DNA of 62,807 nt, the filler included, from Octopus bimaculoides (lineage: Eukaryota): the NCBI RefSeq assembly GCF_001194135.2. It is 4 parts of 3 records of this genome, joined end to end, with 100 filler letters (N's around TTAATTAATTAA, not from the genome) between each part and the next. Parts side by side here need not be neighbours in the genome. Positions count along the whole stretch, not along the records: positions 58,994 to 62,807 come from NC_068981.1; 3 more parts are not named here. One strand, written 5' to 3'. The translations under genes and the position numbers were made by a program. The notes under the pieces were generated by a model. It did not search any database, was not told where the DNA came from, and saw nothing but the letters and a program-made list of their open reading frames with translations. Shown piece after piece: positions 60,085-62,807 of the stretch; the first letter of the stretch is position 1, and the number at the start of each line of letters is the position of its first letter.

Positions 60085-60824
60085 GTATGTATGTATGTAT
60101 ATGTATATATATATACATATATATATTATATTTATTATTATCATCTTCATCATCATCATCATCATCATTATCATTATCATCATCATTATTAATATTTAGC
60201 AGAAACAACAGAGTGACTCAAAGACCGAGGGATCAGTTCAGTTTGGCGCACAGATTTTTTAATTAATCTTTTTTGGGATGTTGTTCCGCTTCGATTACTA
60301 TCGCAGACAGCAGTAGTTTTCTTCAACTGAATACACAACGTTGATTGGTTAAAATTACCCAAATACGACACGAAATAATTTTTAAAATACGAAATAATTT
60401 TTGAAATACGAAATTTTGTCAAAAATGTTCGAAGTAAACCATGTCCTGCGTGAGAAACTTCACCAGTATGCGAAGTTTCAAACTGCTTAGTTAAAAAAAA
60501 AGTAATTAAAAAATTTGTGAGCAGATCCACACCGAGATTCGTGCGTGGAAATTATCAAAGTGTGTGTGTGTGTGTGTGTGTGTGTAGACATATATATATG
60601 TATGTGGATGTATGTACATAAATATACATATGCATATACACACACACGTATGTGTATGTGCTTGTTTGTTGTGTTTGATAACCGGCGTAAGTTTGTTTAA
60701 ATCCTGTAAATTAACATAGGCTTTTTTTTTTAATATCAGAACTATCTTCGACTAAACACCCACCCCACCCCATTAGGCGGTGCCCCAGTATGGCCGCAGT
60801 CCAACGACGGAAACAAGTAAACGA

Positions 60825-60913
60825 CTCGAGGCATATTCGAACCCCTGAGACAGCCATTCACTGCATTTTATCATGGTGTGGCGGCTTTCATACGGGTTCG
60901 AACGTGCCTCAAG
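60825..60913. mobile_element. ~90-bp hairpin (MITE-like) element; single-arm copies at about 6706-6770 and 7441-7495
   Basis: Left arm ctcgaggcatattcgaacccctgagacagcc and right arm ggctttcatacgggttcgaacgtgcctcaag are imperfect reverse complements. The arm recurs on another scaffold piece. Confidence 0.6.
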
Positions 60914-61612
60914 GCATATTTGAACTGGTAACTATTTTGTATCCATACACATCACTCCTAAACGCCCCTCATCCCACCACACTCTATGTATGTATTAAAC
61001 ATTCTTCATGTATTCATTCGCCGCTGTCTGACTGTGGGTGGAGGAATAAATTACTAACATGGCAGACGATACATTTCGAAGGCGGGAGACATAGGTAAGC
61101 CGTTTAGAAAGTCCGTTGTTTTCTTCTATCTACTCTGTAATATCATTGGTTGATGTTCCTTTTGGTTCTCAACAAGAATTTAGCTTCTAACTGCTCTGGT
61201 TCGTATAAGCTTGCCCATAACCGTTATTCTCCGTTCTGTTTATTATTCAAATATTCTTTTCTATTATTGGTCTGTCAATGTCTAAAGCCGTGTGTGTGGT
61301 AACTGTAATGGGTGCGGTTTGCCTGGAATATGTCTGCTGTTAACGCATTCAGCGCTGTGCTATCTCTATATCTCTCTCTCTCACTCTCTTTGTATGTATC
61401 ACTCTCTCTCCCTCTCTTTCTCCCTCTCTCTCGCTCTCTCATTCAATCCTTCGCGCATGAAAATACAAACACATGCGTATGCAAACACAAACACAGGCAC
61501 ACGCAGTGAGAAATGCAGACAGAGAGGGGGGTAACAGACACACATGCACACATGCAGCACACATGTTGACACACAAAACACACACATAACACATATGTGA
61601 GTGTGGTATACA

Positions 61613-61647
<35 letters not shown>

Positions 61648-61720
61648 CAGATATTTATTTATACGATTCATGTTTCTCTCTCTCTCTTTTTCTCTCTCTC
61701 TTTTTCTTTCTCTCACTTTT

Positions 61721-61806
<86 letters not shown>

Positions 61807-62332
61807 CGGAGATGCACACGCGCACAGGCACGCGAACGCATACAAGTCAACACACAATTATACACATAGATACATTCACACACACATATGCATACATACA
61901 TACAAAATACATAGATACAAACATACATACACACACACACATAAACACACGTGAGCGCACGCACACACTGTGTCCCTATCTTAACATTAGTCGCCGCTGA
62001 CAGCCAGCTCGCCAGACAAGCCAGAACGTTCGTCGTAACAGTAAAAAGAGGCGGTACATTATTGGCACCGCCCTTTATACTTTACATACGCTACTCCCTC
62101 GTCCTCTGCTTCGTAGTGACGCTGTGCCGCTTCCATAGATTTTTTAATTTATGCCTTATTTATTCCTATATTGTTAGAATTTACGTTGTTAAGTTTATTC
62201 CAGGCAACTCACTATACGCATATAGCCTGCAACGGATTACGTATGGCGAGATTCCGACAGGCGCAATAATATATTAATAAAACAAATTATATACATACGT
62301 ACATACACACAGACATACACACACATGTATAC

Positions 62333-62416
<84 letters not shown>

Positions 62417-62759
62417 ATAATTGTATATCTATATTCTAGCAATTTAGGTGTGTATAACACCCTAGTCACATTTAGTGACAATTATAGTTTTCCTCTTTCG
62501 TTGAGCAGTGCAAACTGCTGCCCAGATTAATTTCATATACATATACACTTGTTTATGTATGTATATATATATGTGTCTGTGTGTGTGTGTACATGTATAT
62601 ATATATATGTGTGTGTGTGTCTGTGTGTGCGTGCATGTGTGTGTATGTGTGTGTGTATATGTGCGTATGTGTGTATATATATATATATTTATGTATGTAT
62701 ATATATATATATATATAAGTATATATACATATATATATATGCATACATACATACATACA

Positions 62760-62807
<48 letters not shown>

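Overview
Eukaryotic, AT-rich, microsatellite- and retroposon-saturated DNA, most likely an octopus or other cephalopod (inferred from repeat families and composition, not verified). The window is not one contiguous locus. Three artificial 100-bp linkers (44 N + TTAATTAATTAA + 44 N at 20235-20334, 50327-50426 and 58894-58993) join four scaffold pieces. Only piece 2 (20335-50326) has recognisable genes. These are five visible exons of a TAF1C-like gene on + and four to five 3' exons of centlein (CNTLN) on -, arranged tail-to-tail. Everything else is tRNA-derived SINEs, RTE, CR1 and R4-like LINE remnants, mariner fossils, piggyBac and hAT MITEs, microsatellites and N gaps. Almost all ORFs in the supplied track are microsatellite, gap or antisense artefacts. 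The best candidate for an unannotated system is RNA-level: three unrelated short dispersed repeat families each carry a minimal type-I hammerhead-ribozyme fold with a short palindromic helix III, as in Penelope-associated dimeric hammerheads. One family shows compensatory base-pair changes between its two copies. Another is joined to a tRNA-like B box inside a ~550-bp foldback palindrome. Also notable are a duplicated copy of the TAF1C/CNTLN convergent 3' region inside a TAF1C intron, a CxxC-x20-CxxC motif in the TAF1C-like C-terminus, and strong CpG decay in older repeats of the genic scaffold but not in flanking copies. Homolog sequences quoted are recalled from memory and need database confirmation.
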